Shown here: piece by piece, positions 51,135 to 51,338 of the stretch
Layout of the letters: each line of letters starts with the position of its first letter
Numbering within the stretch: position 1 is the first letter of the stretch
DNA from: Planctomycetaceae bacterium
GTDB lineage: Bacteria; Planctomycetota; Planctomycetia; Planctomycetales; Planctomycetaceae
Direction: 5' to 3'
Assembly (NCBI GenBank): GCA_041689695.1
Contig: JBDNFT010000660.1
Coordinates: 1-51,338, forward strand
DNA length: 51,338 nt
Program-made: the position numbers and the translations under genes
The notes under the pieces: model-generated
What the model was told of the DNA's origin: nothing
What the model saw: only the letters and a program-made list of their open reading frames with translations
Databases searched by the model: none

Positions 51135-51338
51135 TTGATCGAATACGAAATCATCGCGGTTCCCCGACCGCAGGGCAGCAAGAAACACGTCGGTCGGGGA
51201 ATCATGGTTGAGGTGTCGAAGCACGTCGCGAACTGGCGGGCCTTCGCGCGGATGTGCGCTGTCCCAGCGATGGCAGGTCGCCCTGTTGTTCACAAGCCGA
51301 ATGCGTTAGTCGTCGAGGTGGCGTTTTATTTTGACCGA
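51135..51338 (+). CDS. rusA: RusA-like Holliday junction resolvase (5' part, runs off the window)
   Basis: TTG start 5 nt after GAGGTG. IIAVPRPQGSKKH...NWRAFARMCA...ALVVEVAFYFDR fits the phage RusA N-terminal pattern (P.PKgRPR...; v.l.i.fy..rp). Confidence 0.55.
   Translation, partial: MIEYEIIAVPRPQGSKKHVGRGIMVEVSKHVANWRAFARMCAVPAMAGRPVVHKPNALVVEVAFYFDR

Noticed and set aside
51135-51338. Window ends as a circular junction (RusA-like ORF continuing into bases 1-171)
   Set aside because: The frames would join, but the 5' partial peptide lacks the RusA D-x-D-N / DD catalytic segment that would have to follow. The two partial ORFs are therefore treated as unrelated.

Overview
All calls come from reading the sequence and ORF track by eye; no database or folding software was used. 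The window looks like most of a tailed-phage or prophage genome. (1) 1027-35884 is a tightly packed minus-strand late operon. In transcription order it holds a PGDYG-like fusion protein, large terminase, portal, scaffold and major capsid (followed by a strong terminator). Then come about 15 virion, tail and fibre genes including two tandem paralogous fibre-like genes, two Gln-rich repeat proteins, and a single 4,771-codon ORF with an N6-adenine methyltransferase plus SF2 helicase core (DarB-like or polyvalent-protein-like). (2) 35885-39096 is a control and lysogeny-like region. It has a repeat-rich divergent intergenic region, an Xis-like HTH gene, a small HTH gene, Zn-ribbon proteins, a 50-aa RHH protein missed by the ORF track, and a small serine recombinase. 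(3) 39145-43161 holds two AT-richer accessory genes and a primase-polymerase/helicase gene. Each unit is preceded by an identical 34-nt promoter-like repeat plus a leader ending in a terminator-like hairpin. (4) 43162-44594 is about 1.4 kb with only one small gene, 9-mer iterons (candidate origin) and long hairpins. (5) 44595-50291 is a plus-strand array of about 15 small genes including a RadC-like JAB protein. The genes are separated by two families of repeated hairpin-plus-5'UTR cassettes that show compensatory stem changes. (6) 50326-50793 holds tRNA-Phe(GAA), a csrA homologue and an initiator-like tRNA-Met(CAU). A partial RusA-like resolvase gene runs off the 3' end. The most interesting items are the giant polyvalent virion ORF, the tRNA-csrA-tRNA island together with GGA-containing repeated leaders, and the covarying structured leader elements. 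Also notable are the duplicated promoter/attenuator units with a fossil primase start, and a perfect 20-bp inverted repeat. Functions of most small ORFs are unknown.
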